DNA of 64,000 bases, taken from assembly GCA_965178125.1 (NCBI GenBank), contig OZ237746.1:310001-374000 (forward strand), written 5' to 3'. Positions 11,468-23,729 of this stretch are shown here, in pieces (the first letter of the stretch is position 1; each line of letters starts with the position of its first letter). Position numbers and translations under genes: made by a program. The notes below the pieces were generated by a model. The model saw only the letters and a program-made list of their open reading frames with translations, searched no databases and had not been told where the DNA came from. This DNA is from Bilabrum cf. latius (lineage: Eukaryota).

Positions 11468-11731
11468 TTAGTCTATAGGATAATAATATTTTGTTTTGTA
11501 TAGATATATATAATGGCAGAGTTAGTAGCAACAGCAAGCACGGTTGGTGGGGTGTTGGTTCCTCTAGGATATGCGGGATGCTTCCTTTGGAACTTATGTT
11601 CCTCACTTGCGAATCGTAAAAAATTGTGTTTAGTCCTTCCACGAAAAGGAGGTAAAAGTTCACTTAACAAAAGTTTAACGTCTATAGACCCGAATATTCT
11701 ATTAGTTGATTTAGATGAAGTCCTTAAAGTT

Positions 11732-12592
11732 TGAACTCTGCTGCGAATCAATGAGTGCTCCTTCTACATGCCCAATGGCCAAATCACGGACCCGCTCCCA
11801 CAGTTGGGGCAGTTCCATAAAAAAAAACAAACAGGACGTCCCTGCGCCCGTCCCGCGCCCTCTCCCCCCCACGAGGGACAGTCCGCCCCGAATCGACTGG
11901 TTCTCCTCAGTCGCGTCTCGCGCATGCTATACCACACTCGCCACAAATGTACACGCTACCCCAATCCTTGCATCGTCTGCGCCTCCAGGCTCGCTCCGAT
12001 GCCTCCCCTTCTAGTCCTGCCCCATTCTGATCTGCTGTCTCCCTACGCACCCGTACGTCTCAGCCTTCGCCAGAAATCCTACTGCCTTGTGGTCTGGCCC
12101 CACTCGGCTGCCTCCGCTGCCCCTCCCTCCCCATGGGCCTCCACGCTCCCGAGCCCTACTGGCTTGCTCGGGCCTGTCCGTGCCCCTTCGTCGTCCCCGC
12201 CACGCGTCTGGTTAACCGCGCTCGGGGCATCCCGATCCTCCCCTTTCCTCCGTTCATCTTGGAATCCCCCTCTCCGTCGCCTCCCCCGGTGCCACCCGAC
12301 CCCTTGGTGGGCCGCCGCCCGTCCACCCTGTCACCTCCGCCAAGCTCCCCCGTCTGCTCCTGTCCCCCTCTCACCTGGCCCCCTCGCTGTCACCTCCCGC
12401 CGTTGTTGTCCTCCACCTGCACGTGCGCTGCTGCTGTACCCTCCCCGTCGGAGCCCCCATCGCTGTCTCACAGCCCTCAATCCCAATGTCTGATGACACA
12501 GATAATGAACTCTGCTGCGAATCAATGAGTGCTCCTTCTACATGCCCAATGGCCAAATCACGGACCCGCTCCCACAGTTGGGGCAGTTCCAT
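11732..12592. repeat. Ngaro terminal block B2-A2-B1 (87-bp B repeats flanking ~687-bp A repeat)
   Basis: 11732-11818 equals 12506-12592; 11819-12505 matches 19837-20521 apart from poly-A length. Confidence 0.95.
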
Positions 12593-13755
12593 TACTTTCC
12601 AATACTTGCAGCAGTTGCAGCGTGGTCCAGCGCTGCCGTCCACACCCGTGTCGGCTGAGTGAGGTCAACCGAGGAGGGGAGTGGCAGGGGCCGAAGCGCG
12701 AAGATGTTCTCGTTCCGGTAGCGGCGGGCTGCCACCAGAGTCTTCCAGGCACCCGCGCGCATGATGGTGTCGTCCGAGCAGCCCTGCCTACTCAGTGTGG
12801 TGATGGCCGTCACGCGCAGGGAGTGGCCCGACAGGTGCAACTGGGGCCGACCGCAGCACCGGCGAAACTCCGCGATCACTGTAGCCGCCCCGCATCGGGC
12901 TGGTGCGAACAGGTACGCTGGTCCAGTCGATGGGCGGTGCTCGAGGAATCGGCGTAGAGCCGCCACCGATGCGATGCCATGTGCGGCGCGCAGGTACTCC
13001 AGCAAGATGCGGACACCGCAAAAGCGGGCGCCGTGGGGCTGGCCACCGACGTACCGCACCGGACGGACGCTGCTCAGCATCAGGGAGCGCGTGTCCCGCG
13101 ACTTGTTGGGTCCCAGCAGGATCTCGATGGAGCTGACGGCACCGTCCGAGTCCACGCCCACCACCAGGTGGCCCCGTGCCATCCCGCGCTGCTCGTCACC
13201 CACAGTCGCCTGGGCGATTTCGCCCAGACGTGCGGCGCTGAAGAAGGCTACAGCCGCTGCCGTGCGAGCCGCGTGCTCCTAGGGTCCCCGTGGCCGTGCG
13301 GTGAACCACACAGCGAGCCGATGCAGGTCAGCCGGGTGCTTGCGCCCAGAGGCGGCCTTGGAGGCCACCGGGCCGCCCGGTGCCGCTGCCCTGGCCATGT
13401 GGGTGGCGAAGTACGACAGCAACGAGCGCAGACGCTTGGACTGGCCACCCGGCAGGCCGTGCAAGATCACGAACGCCCTGAACACGGTGCTGACGTATGA
13501 GCGCAGAGTCGGTCCACCGATCGTGCCCGTGCGGTCCTCGCCGCGCCACACCGCGTACCTGCAGCACGCGATGTCGAGCGCCCGTTGCGCCCTCAGTGGG
13601 TCCTCGTAGCCTGCACACGGGTCCTCGGCTTCCCCGCGGTCCCGACGGAATTGTTCGAATCCACGGAGGGCTGTAGCCCCTGAAGCCAGACCTTTAGCGC
13701 CACCGCCCGAGAGCGCCCGAACCGTTGCATACACGTCCAGATCCACGGCGGACAC
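12592..13755 (-). CDS. Tyrosine recombinase of Ngaro element (start uncertain)
   Basis: ORFs 13279-13755 and 12592-13203 joined by TAG; AARLGE (R), NKSR (K), GHSLR (H-x-x-R), GAW, RRY (Y); TAA stop. Confidence 0.9.
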
Positions 13756-16700
13756 CGCGCCCGCTCCACCGTCTCGCCCCAGCGGAGGTAATGGCGAGGC
13801 GAGAAGTTCCGAGAGAGAGCGTCCGCCACGAAGTTGGCCTTGCTGCTCACGTGCTGCGAGAAGAGCTGGAAGTCATGGCGTGTTACGGTAGTGAACAACG
13901 GCCCCAACAGTCTGTTGAGGCACAGGCGGCGTGCAGAGCCCTTGCGAAGAGAAGTACACACAGGCAGATTGTCCCCGTACACGGTCACGTTCCTGCCCGC
14001 GAGCTCCGGTGCCCACCGCTGCACGAGGAGCACCACGGCCGCCAACTCGGCTTGCGGCATCTGACTGGGGCCCACAGTGCGTGGCCAGAATCCCTGGACG
14101 AGGCGCCGGCCGCGATGACTATCGCCCGGAGTGCCGTACAGCTGCAGTGTCCCCCCGAACCCTTCCTTGCTGGCGTCCACGTACATCACTGCCCGAGGTC
14201 CCCGATGTGGGGACGTGGGGAACCGGCGTGAGCGGTTGGCCTGCACGCTGGCACGCAGGGTCCTGAGTGTGTCGAGGATCGGCCGGTCCAGCTGGTGAGG
14301 GCCCCCCCGCAGCGGCATGCGGTGCTGGGCACACTGCAGGAGCCCGAGCTGGGGCTTCAGGCACACCAATGCCCCCGCTGCAAACCCCAACTCTCCGATG
14401 ACGGACTTGAACTCCAACGACGTGGACACCGCCCCGGCCTCGATGATGGATGTCAAGCGCTTCACCAGAGCCTCCTACTTGGCCTGCGGCAGGGCGATCC
14501 GCAGTGCGGCGAGGTCCAGCTCGTACCCGAGGTAGGTGAGCACGGAGCGGGGATGTTCCCCACGCGCCTTGGACCGTGAGATGGGGAAGCCCAGGTACTC
14601 AGCCTCGGACATGAGCTGAGCCGTCATCCATGGGGCCCGGGGTGCGGCAGCGAGAAGCAGCTGGTCGTCGCTGAAGACGGTGGTTGCACACGGCGCGCGC
14701 GGGAGGGCGAAGCTGCAACGCTCACGGAATCTGCGGTTGAAGGCGGTGCTGGTTAGACAGGCCCACCCCGGCGAGGACGCCGAGCCCATGCTGAGGACAG
14801 CGTAGAGAGCTGCCCGGTCCCCCGTCTTGGACCACATGTGACACGCGTCCGCCAGCCGAAGCTTGAGCGAGAAGAACCACTTGGAGAAGTCAATGGCGGC
14901 ACCATGCATCGCCACCCCTGCTGGAAGCTAGCGGTGGAACTTCACGGCCTCCTTCATGACCACGGTGATGTCGTCGAGCAAGCACGGCGTGTACTGCCGG
15001 TAGTCCACAAAGCCATTCACGCCCTTCCCCGTGGTGGAGCTCTCGCGGGCGGACGCGTCCACGATGGCGCGATACTGCCCTGCGGCCTTCTTGGCGATGT
15101 AGCTGGTGAACGAGATGCGAGATGGCGGCACCTCGTGCTCGGCCAGTGGCACGATCCAGCCGGCACGGACAGCGGCACCGTGCGCCAGCTCAGCATGAGT
15201 GCGCGTGGCAGCGTCTGAGTAGCGTGTCTGCTCCACCGCCGCGTCCCGTGGACTGCCCGCGCCGGGGTCAGTGCAGAGTGGGAAGCCGTAGCGGATGCCG
15301 GCCACGGCCGCCTCATACAGAGACAGCGCCTGCCAAGCCGCCGGTCCCCGAGGTTCCGTCGGGGGACAGCGCACGCCGAAGAAGGACTCCAACCGGCGCA
15401 GACGAGCGCCCGTGCAGCGGTGGCCCCGGACAGAGCCGCGGGCGATGGCCACGTCAGCCATCGGGTCGAGGAGCAGTCGGTGTCTGGCGAACTCAGCAGC
15501 CGGAGCTGAGGACACGCGGCGCAGCGGCGCGGAGGTGAAGTCGGCCAAGCGGGTGGAGGGGATGTCCTCGGCCGTCCTGGCTGTGGGAAGCGGCGGCTCC
15601 GCAGCAGCGGCGGCAGCCATGCGGTGCAGCACTCGAGGCAGCGTGGAGCGTTGCCACGTTGCCCGGTCGCGACGTGCACGGTCCTGCACAGCAGGGTCCA
15701 GCAGAGAGGGCACCGGCTTCAAGCGGCGGGAGGAGCTAGCGATCGTCGCGGAGAGGCCGGCTGCCGTCAGGTGTGCCTGGGATGAGGCAGGACCCGTCCT
15801 GGTGATGGCTAAGTCCGAGGCGAGATCCGACCGTGCTGTCTGCCCGACCGCGCGTCCCTGCCGGGGCGCCACGCGAGCCCCACCAGCATGGCTGACACCG
15901 CCCGCCATGATCTCCTGCCTGCTCTCGACTCCTCCACCACGGCTGACACCGTCCTCCACGATCTCCTGCCTGCTCTCGACTCCTCCACCACGGCTGACAC
16001 CGCCCTCCACGATCTCCTGCCTGCTCTCGACTCCTCCACCACGGCTGACCCCGCTCTCCACGATCTCCTGCCTGCTCTCGACTCCTCCACCACGGCTGAC
16101 CCCGCTCTCCACGATCTCCTGCCTGCTCTCGACTCCTCCACCACGGCTGACACCGCCCTCCACGATCTCCTGCCTGCTCTCGACTCCTCCACCACGGCTG
16201 ACCCCGCTCTCCACGATCTCCTGCCTGCTCTCGACTCCTCCACCACGGCTGACCCCGCTCTCCACGATCTCCTGCCTGCTCTCGACTCCTCCACCACGGC
16301 TGACACCGCCCTCCACGATCTCCTGCCTGCTCTCGACTCCTCCACCACGGCTGACACCGTCCTCCACGATCTCCTGCCTGCTCTCGACACCTCCACCACG
16401 GCTGACACCGTCCTCCACGATCTCCTGCCTGCTCTCGACTCCTCCACCACGGCTGACACCGCTCGCCACGATCGCCTGCCTGCTCTCGACTCCTCCACCA
16501 CGGCTGACCCCGCCCTCCACGATCTCCTGCCTGCTCTCGACTCCTCCACCACGGCTGACACCGTCCTCCACGATCCCCTGCCTGCTCTCGACTCCTCCAC
16601 CACGGCTGACACCGTCCTCCACGATCTCCTGCCTGCTCTCGACTCCTCCACCACGGCTGACACCGTCCTCCACGATCTCCTGCCTGCTCTCGACTCCTCC

Positions 16701-17828
16701 ACCACGGCTGACACCGCCCTCCACGATCGCCGGCCTGCTCGCGACTCCTCCACCACGGCTGACACCGTCCTCCACGATCGCCTGCCTGCTCTCGACGCCG
16801 CCAGTGCCGCTGATATGGTCCGCCCCGACCGCATCACGTGCACCCCTGCGGTTCGCCGCGGAGTTGGTGGCGGCAAGTGCACGATGGCCGGCCCGGTGGC
16901 CCCGTGACCATAACGTCGGCAATTTCCAAGATGACCAGAAGCGCCCCCTGGCTTGGGGCGCCGTTGCATTGCGTGGCGGTCTGTACGACCGCCCCCGCAC
17001 CTCAGCCCCTCCGTGCCGAGGTCTACAGATCTGCCCGGTGGGCAGACTGGGTCCCTCCTTCCCTCCCGCCCCATCCTCCGTTGGGGCACGAGTGAGCTTC
17101 GCCTCTCCAGTGAGGCTAGCTGCCGCAAATTGCAACGAGGCACCCGAGGGCACCTGCTGCGCGGGAGTCGATCCTGTCACTCCCCAAGCCGCGTCCTGCA
17201 GTGCAGCATCCTCCCCGTGCTGCCCGCCGAGCCCCCAGCCCCCCGCTGTGGCCCTCCCATTCCACGTGACCGGTGCTGCCGGCCACCACGTCGATCCAAA
17301 TGTCAAACTGCCCCCCCAGCCCCAGGTCTGTCCCCACGGACCCTGCCCAGGCCATCCCCCCCATCGCCAGCACCCACCGGCGCCATCCCCCGCAGGGGCT
17401 GCACCCCCCCACGGTGCACCCCACGGAGATGGCCAGCCGCGACCCCACCGGCGCGCGGCTGCACCCAGGACGGGGAGACGGCCACATGGCCGCCACCCCG
17501 CCGCCCGTGCATCCCGCGTGCGCCCTGCCACCCGCTCCACCGGCGCCCCGTCAGCGCACCCCATCATCTCGCCGTCCGCCGCCCCCCCGGCGGCCCTCCG
17601 CACCTCGCTGCCCGCCCGCACCACCACCGCTGCCGCCGGTCCCGCCGCCACCCCGGCGTCCATCCCCCCCGCCCCTGCCGCCCGCGACGCCCGCGCCCTC
17701 ACCGCCACCTCCCCGGCCGCCGCCGCCACCCGGCGGATGCCAGCGCCCGTCCTACGCCGGCATCGCCTCTGGTGGCGACGGCGGAGGCCGTGCCGAGCGT
17801 GAACACCCAGCGCGGCCCCCTTGGCTAG
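13593..17828 (-). CDS. Pol: reverse transcriptase-RNase H with long repetitive N-terminal region
   Basis: One frame across TAGs at 14928 and 14475; AIDFSKWFF, LSMGSASSPG, FSDD, YLGY (RT); YVDAS, AELAAV, YGDN, NFVADALSR (RNase H); frame open up to the gag TGA. Confidence 0.9.
15887..16804. repeat. 51-bp coding tandem repeat, ~18 copies (GGGVESRQEIVEDGVSR)
   Basis: Visible directly in DNA and in the translation of ORF 14928-17729. Confidence 0.95.
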
Positions 17829-17831
17829 TCA
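17783..17831 (-). promoter_or_regulatory. Putative stop-codon readthrough signal: UGA-CUAG, 8-nt spacer, 38-nt stem-loop
   Basis: Minus strand TGA CTAGCCAA GGGGGCCGCGCTGGGTG-TTCA-CGCTCGGCACGGCCTCC; gag and pol are in the same frame. Confidence 0.7.
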
Positions 17832-19811
17832 GTCACCGAAGATGGACCGCCAGTCGCGATCCACATTGGGGGTGCCGTCGGCGCGGCGCCGCGACGTGTC
17901 CGGTTCCGCATCGATGTCGGCCACTCGCTGCATGCACTCGACCAGCAGTCCAGGGACACCGTTCACGGTGTCGAAGGGGGCCAGGAGCCGGGTCAGATCG
18001 GCGTGAGGCGGCGGAGAGGTGGCCGGGTCACGCCACCAGCGGCTGCCCGCTGCCCACGCCGCGCAGCTGCGGAGGCGATCACCCGCGCGCAGCACGTTCT
18101 AGCCGGGGGTGAGCTCGGAGCCCGCCGCGGTGTCATACACCCAGCACATCACCTGCTCCGGGACCGAGGTGGCCTGCCGGAGGGGAGTGGTGGTCCCCAC
18201 CGTCGCGACCATCCTTGCCATGGAGCTCGAGCGGGCCCACAGGTCACCCACCGTGCCCAGCTCCGGCGTGGCCAGGTCACGGCTGCGAGGGGCGCCTGGC
18301 TGCGAGGCGTGCCCGATGAGCGTGCGCCGCATGGCCAGGGCTTGGCACGACCGATGCACCCAGATGCCCTGCACGACTGCTGCCAGCTTGCCCGAGCCGC
18401 TGCCTGCCCCCGCCCGGAGCAGCCCGATGGTGGCGTACGGTTCACGCCGCTGCAGGGCGGACCCCAGGGCTGTCACCGCGGTGACGAAGGAGGCCAGGGC
18501 TGCCTTGCCCGCAGATGGGGCCTTCAGGGCGCGCTCGCCGGCCTTGCCACCACACACCGCGTCCACCATGGCAGCCAGGACGTCAGCGAACTAGGCAGGG
18601 CAGCGCAGGGGCTCCAGCGTGAGCAGCCTGAGGTCGTGCTCCAGAGCCGCACGAAGGAAAGTGCGGACCCCCTCGCGCACGAGGCGGCTGTCTGGGGGCG
18701 GCGCGGCCCCCGTGGCGTCGATCAGTGCGGCCGTCGTGTGAGCCAGCGAGGTGCCTGTGGGGGAGCTAGAGGGTTCAGGGACGGAGCCAGCCGTGACCGT
18801 GTACGTGGGGGGACAAGCGTCGGTTGCAACCGTCTCACCGGGGGGTTGGGCCGCCGTGGGCCGGGGGAACGCCGCCGCCTCGCCCATAGCGACGAGGAGC
18901 GGTAAGACGGAGCCGCCCTCCAGCGGGCGCTTGCGGTACAGGTCAGTGGCCTGCTGAGCCAGCTCCTGGATGGCGTCGCGTGGGGCCATAGCTGCCAGCA
19001 TGTGGAACAGACCGAGCGGGGCTGCGGGGCCGGCGGAGTACTTCAAGCCGCGCAGAATGACCTCAGCCCAGAGTGCCGGGACTCCGGTCTACAGGCGAGT
19101 CTGGAGCCGGCGGGCCGCCTCGGCGAACTCGGCACGATGGACGTCAGGTAGCGGCGGCAGGGGCCCACTCAGGGCGGGCAGCGAGCCCACATCAATGACC
19201 AGCAGGAAATCACCCATCAGCGCCGCGGCGTTGGCCAGCACGGAACGAGCGGGCCCGCGCCCAAGTGCATGCCCCGCCGACTTGCCCAGAGCCACAGCCT
19301 CATCGTCATCCGCTTGGCCCAGCGGGATCCCATCCAAAGAGCCGGCGTCCGCGTCCGGCACGGCGTCCGCCTTGGGCAGCTGAATGTCCTCACAGATAGA
19401 GTCGAGGCGCGTGGACAGCAGCGGAAAATTTGCATGCGTCACGGTCAGGAATGAAGTAACGTAGTCCCGAATCTCCGTCTGCAGGGCTTCGAATTCCGCG
19501 GACCCCAGGCTTTCGGGATCGATGGAGGCCAGCGCGATGGTCATGTCGCCAAGTCGGCGCGTCGCCCAGCGGTCATCCCAGAGGCAACGAGGCTCCGCGT
19601 CCCCAGACGATTTACTCGAGCGAGCAGCAGTCGAATCAGCTGGAGCAGCTGCGTCTGGCACTGCGGTTTGCAGCCACTTCACTGTCAACGGACCGGACAA
19701 GTCTTGCAACGGGGCCAGGATTAGCCGAAATGCCTCACCAGCCCGCCCTGTGCGGAGTGCAACCTGTACAGGGGCAACATATTCAGCCATTCCCGTAGCT
19801 GCAGAAGACAT
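17829..19811 (-). CDS. ORF1 (gag-like) of Ngaro element, 660 aa
   Basis: ATG 19811 just inside repeat A1; ORFs joined across TAGs at 19089, 18591 and 18099; TGA stop. The gag call is positional. Confidence 0.75.
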
Positions 19812-20956
19812 AGCTGCGGACAGTCCGCCCCGAATCAAAAAAACAAACAGGACGTCCCTGCGCCCGTCCCGCGCCCTCTCCCCCCCACGAGGGACAGTCC
19901 GCCCCGAATCGACTGGTTCTCCTCAGTCGCGTCTCGCGCATGCTATACCACACTCGCCACAAATGTACACGCTACCCCAATCCTTGCATCGTCTGCGCCT
20001 CCAGGCTCGCTCCGATGCCTCCCCTTCTAGTCCTGCCCCATTCTGATCTGCTGTCTCCCTACGCACCCGTACGTCTCAGCCTTCGCCAGAAATCCTACTG
20101 CCTTGTGGTCTGGCCCCACTCGGCTGCCTCCGCTGCCCCTCCCTCCCCATGGGCCTCCACGCTCCCGAGCCCTACTGGCTTGCTCGGGCCTGTCCGTGCC
20201 CCTTCGTCGTCCCCGCCACGCGTCTGGTTAACCGCGCTCGGGGCATCCCGATCCTCCCCTTTCCTCCGTTCATCTTGGAATCCCCCTCTCCGTCGCCTCC
20301 CCCGGTGCCACCCGACCCCTTGGTGGGCCGCCGCCCGTCCACCCTGTCACCTCCGCCAAGCTCCCCCGTCTGCTCCTGTCCCCCTCTCACCTGGCCCCCT
20401 CGCTGTCACCTCCCGCCGTTGTTGTCCTCCACCTGCACGTGCGCTGCTGCTGTACCCTCCCCGTCGGAGCCCCCATCGCTGTCTCACAGCCCTCAATCCC
20501 AATGTCTGATGACACAGATAAAATGCTGACACCAAACAGGTTTTATACCTAAACGAAGCAGAACGAAGAGGGGACTTATCAACGGCTAAATTATTAAAAT
20601 TTGAACTTATGAAAAAAAGTATTGAGTCTGTAAAGAAAAATTGGTTATAGAAAGCAGAACATAGAGCAGTCTTTTTAACAAGTGATTTTGAACTAGCACA
20701 AGAAATATTCAAAAAATCCAGCATATGCGTAGCTATACCCAGCGATAAACTGTATAGCAAAATCCATAAAGATTTAGATAATGAAGATAAGGATGTAGCA
20801 AGACATTCACGAGCTGAATTTTTGAAAAGTTTTAACCCTAATGAGTATAGCGTGTATAATACGTTTGAAGGGCTTTCATAGATGGTTATGTCAGTCTATA
20901 ATATGACCTACAGAGTGTAATTATTTGAATATTATTAAAATATAAATTAATAATAT

Positions 20957-22114
20957 TTATTTAGTCTTATTATTAAAATTATCCTTTAGAGTTTTTGATA
21001 TATTTTTAGCCGGCTCCGTTGTTATCTTCCATTGAATTAAATATTCATCTTGTCCCTCTTGATTCTTTCTTCTCTTTATTATTTTACCTATATCATTCTA
21101 ATATTTTCTTTTAGTAGCCTCATCAACATATGAATCTTTCCATTTAACCCTGTATGTATTATTTTTATTCTTTCTTATCAATTTTTCAATTATAAATATA
21201 TCTTGTGCTTTATTCTCGTATGGTTTAGATGCTAATAACAACTAATCTCTATTAAAGTATGTATAGGGTATGCCCTCAATTTTATATAATGGGGGGTTAT
21301 CTGGTTTTATTATTACTCTTTCAATTTTATAAGGCTTTACGCTATATTTAATATCTCCCGCCCTAAATGCTCCGGTTTCCTTTATCCCTTCTATACTTCT
21401 AGGATAATCTAATCCTATTCTTACCATTTCACCCTCATTTAATACATCACATACTTCACCCTAACATCTAGGCGGTATATATGGTAGATTCTCCCTTTTC
21501 TTATTCAACATTTCCTATCTTGTTTTATAACGCTCGTTTAATATCTCCCTCAATTTTGGTATTAAATGTCTCCAGTTCGTGATAGTTGTCCCCGTTCTTA
21601 TCTCCTATGAATTCAAATAATAAAATATAGCTCTCCCTATTTCCTCATTCAATCTCTCCACTAAAGCCATCTACGATTTACGCTTCACTCTTGAAAATAT
21701 ATGCTCTATCTTATTCTTCTTTAGATATTCTTTAAATAATTCATTATCAAATTCTCCCCCTTTATCTGTTCGTATCATTTTAGGTTTCATTAAATAATTT
21801 CTTTTATAGATTTTTTGAAAAGCTTTTATCACATCCTCCGCCCCTCTATCCTTTAACTCTTCAAAATCTAACGCTAACCCGCTCGTATCTATCACAACTA
21901 ATAAATATTTTGAATCGTTCTTGGTAGCGTAAGGGAGATACAATAAATCAGCCTATTGGATAAGCCCCTCTTTAGTAGGTTTATAATATTTAACATAATT
22001 CAATCCTTTCGGTTTCTTTATCGGCTTCATTAAATCGTTCGTGATAGACTTCGTATTAAATCCAAAACTTGACTCATTAATATCATTATCTTTTTTCTTT
22101 CCTCTCTTACTCAT
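20957..22114 (-). CDS. Second rve integrase with chromodomain-like C-terminus, 385 aa
   Basis: Q*ADLLYLP, RTDKGGEF, *MALVERLN; co-linear with the 2433-3488 integrase; TAA stop. Confidence 0.9.
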
Positions 22115-22154
22115 TATATATATTAATTGATTTTAATATTTATAAATTAATTAT

Positions 22155-22526
22155 TCACGAATTAAAAAGCCTATTAATAGCTTCATTTACTTTAATCTAT
22201 TCTTTAATTTTCCTTATCTCTTGATGAACGTCAATCAGCTTGTCCTTGTCTTTCTTTGTCAATCCAGTCATCCTTCCTTTTAATGCTTTTAAAGTTTTCA
22301 TATAAGGGGCTATAGCTTCTGCTTTCTTTTTGCTCACCTCTTTATATTCCACATTAAGAGCGGTTAATTTACTATTCACTTTATTTTTTAATTCTGTCTC
22401 TTTTATTTTTAGTTGCTTTAACTTTTGTTCTAATTCACGATTGGTCTTCTTAAAGTCTTCTACAATATCAAGAAATTCATTCTTTAACTTTGAGCGGGTA
22501 TTAATCACTTTTTGTAATTTATCCAT
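22155..22526 (-). CDS. Basic coiled-coil hypothetical protein, 123 aa
   Basis: ORF 22197-22526 extended through TAG to TGA 22155. Confidence 0.65.
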
Positions 22527-22596
22527 TTATATATAATTACTAGATATTTTTTTTATTTTTTTTAAACTATAGAATTTTATAAAACGGGTTTAATAA

Positions 22597-23700
22597 ATGA
22601 TGCCAGAGTGTACGCGCAACCTAGTCTCGTTAACAATCAGACATGGCAAGACCTGACAAAGCTGTGCCTGTGCGCGACCCTTGACCGGACTGACCGGGGC
22701 TGGGAAGAGCACGTGCACTACTCCGCCGAGGAGGAGGGGGTTGGGAGGGTGGGCAAAAATTACCCAATCTCCGCCCCTCTCCTGAACACAGAGAGGGTAT
22801 GCGCGTCATCGCAAGCAATCCGTTGGCTTGGTCGCACCTTCCCGGTCGCAACCGCCATCGGAACCCAACGAGACGTTCACGCGCTCCCACTCTGGCATCA
22901 ACACCGAACCCCATCCGGCGTTAGGATCATGATGCCAGAGTGTACGCGCAACCTAGTCTCGTTAACAATCAGACATGGCAAGACCTGACAAAGCTGTGCC
23001 TGTGCGCGACCCTTGACCGGACTGACCGGGGCTGGGAAGAGCACGTGCACTACTCCGCCAAATCTTACCGCCATGTCTTGTACGCTGCGGCTGTGTGGCT
23101 CACTCCAAGTTCAGCCGCAGCGCGCTGGCCAGCACCCACACTGGCCTGTTCAAATCGAGGCTCCTGCCGCCGAGCTCCAGAGGAGGCAAACCTTCCCTGA
23201 CGCTCCGCAAGTACACCTCGCATGCAGATGCCGACTTCCATCTGCCAAATCGCCTAATGACCTCGAAGGCGACCCCAGCACGGTCCAAACACATCACTGC
23301 CGCGATGCGGATGGAATGTCCGTGCACCGCTCCTGCAACTTCTCGTGAGCAGAAGCTGCGGAGCGCCCGTACTACCTGCGCCTTGACGATCGGCTTCGTG
23401 TTCGCCACGAAGACTGGCCCTGACGTGGGGCAGCTGAGCGCCAGCTACCGGGCGTAGTCTTCGTCTGCGCCTGCAGTTGGGGCGTGGCTCGCTGCTGCCC
23501 ACGCCACGAAGGCTCGCACGCCGCAAAAATTACCCAATCTCCGCCCCTCTCCTGAACACAGAGAGGGTATGCGCGTCATCGCAAGCAATCCGTTGGCTTG
23601 GTCGCACCTTCCCGGTCGCAACCGCCATCGGAACCCAACGAGACGTTCACGCGCTCCCACTCTGGCATCAACACCGAACCCCATCCGGCGTTAGGATCAT
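22597..23700 (-). mobile_element. Internally deleted, non-autonomous Ngaro-type element (different family from 11732-20521)
   Basis: Split direct repeats: 178 bp at 23523-23700 and 22753-22930; 131 bp at 22929-23059 and 22597-22727; encloses a YR 3' fragment; GC-rich. Confidence 0.88.
23100..23522 (-). pseudogene. Tyrosine recombinase C-terminal fragment
   Basis: GHSIRIAA...RRFGRWKS...VYLR motifs; N-terminal part missing. Confidence 0.85.
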
Positions 23701-23729
23701 TAAAATAAAATATTGGGCTACATTATAAT

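Larger units (their letters stand above)
11732..20521 (-). mobile_element. Ngaro-type tyrosine-recombinase retrotransposon, apparently complete (8790 bp)
   Basis: Split direct repeats A1 (19837-20521), ORFs, B1 (12506-12592), A2 (11819-12505), B2 (11732-11818); gag-like, RT/RNase H and YR ORFs; GC-rich within AT-rich virophage DNA; no target duplication. Confidence 0.95.
11513..20920 (+). pseudogene. P-loop-like viral protein (205 aa) split by the Ngaro insertion: segments 11513-11731 and 20522-20920
   Basis: Removing 11732-20521 gives ...DEVLKV|NADTKQVLYL... in frame to TAA 20920; PRKGGKS and LLVDLDE motifs. Confidence 0.8.

Noticed and set aside
11715-12528. Pro-rich plus-strand ORFs in Ngaro repeat A (also 19940-20529)
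   Set aside because: They arise from C-rich terminal repeat DNA antisense to the element.
15295-17802. 835-aa plus-strand ORF and other frames across the 51-bp repeat
   Set aside because: Antisense or alternative-frame shadows of a GC-rich stop-poor repeat; the RT-linked frame is on the minus strand.
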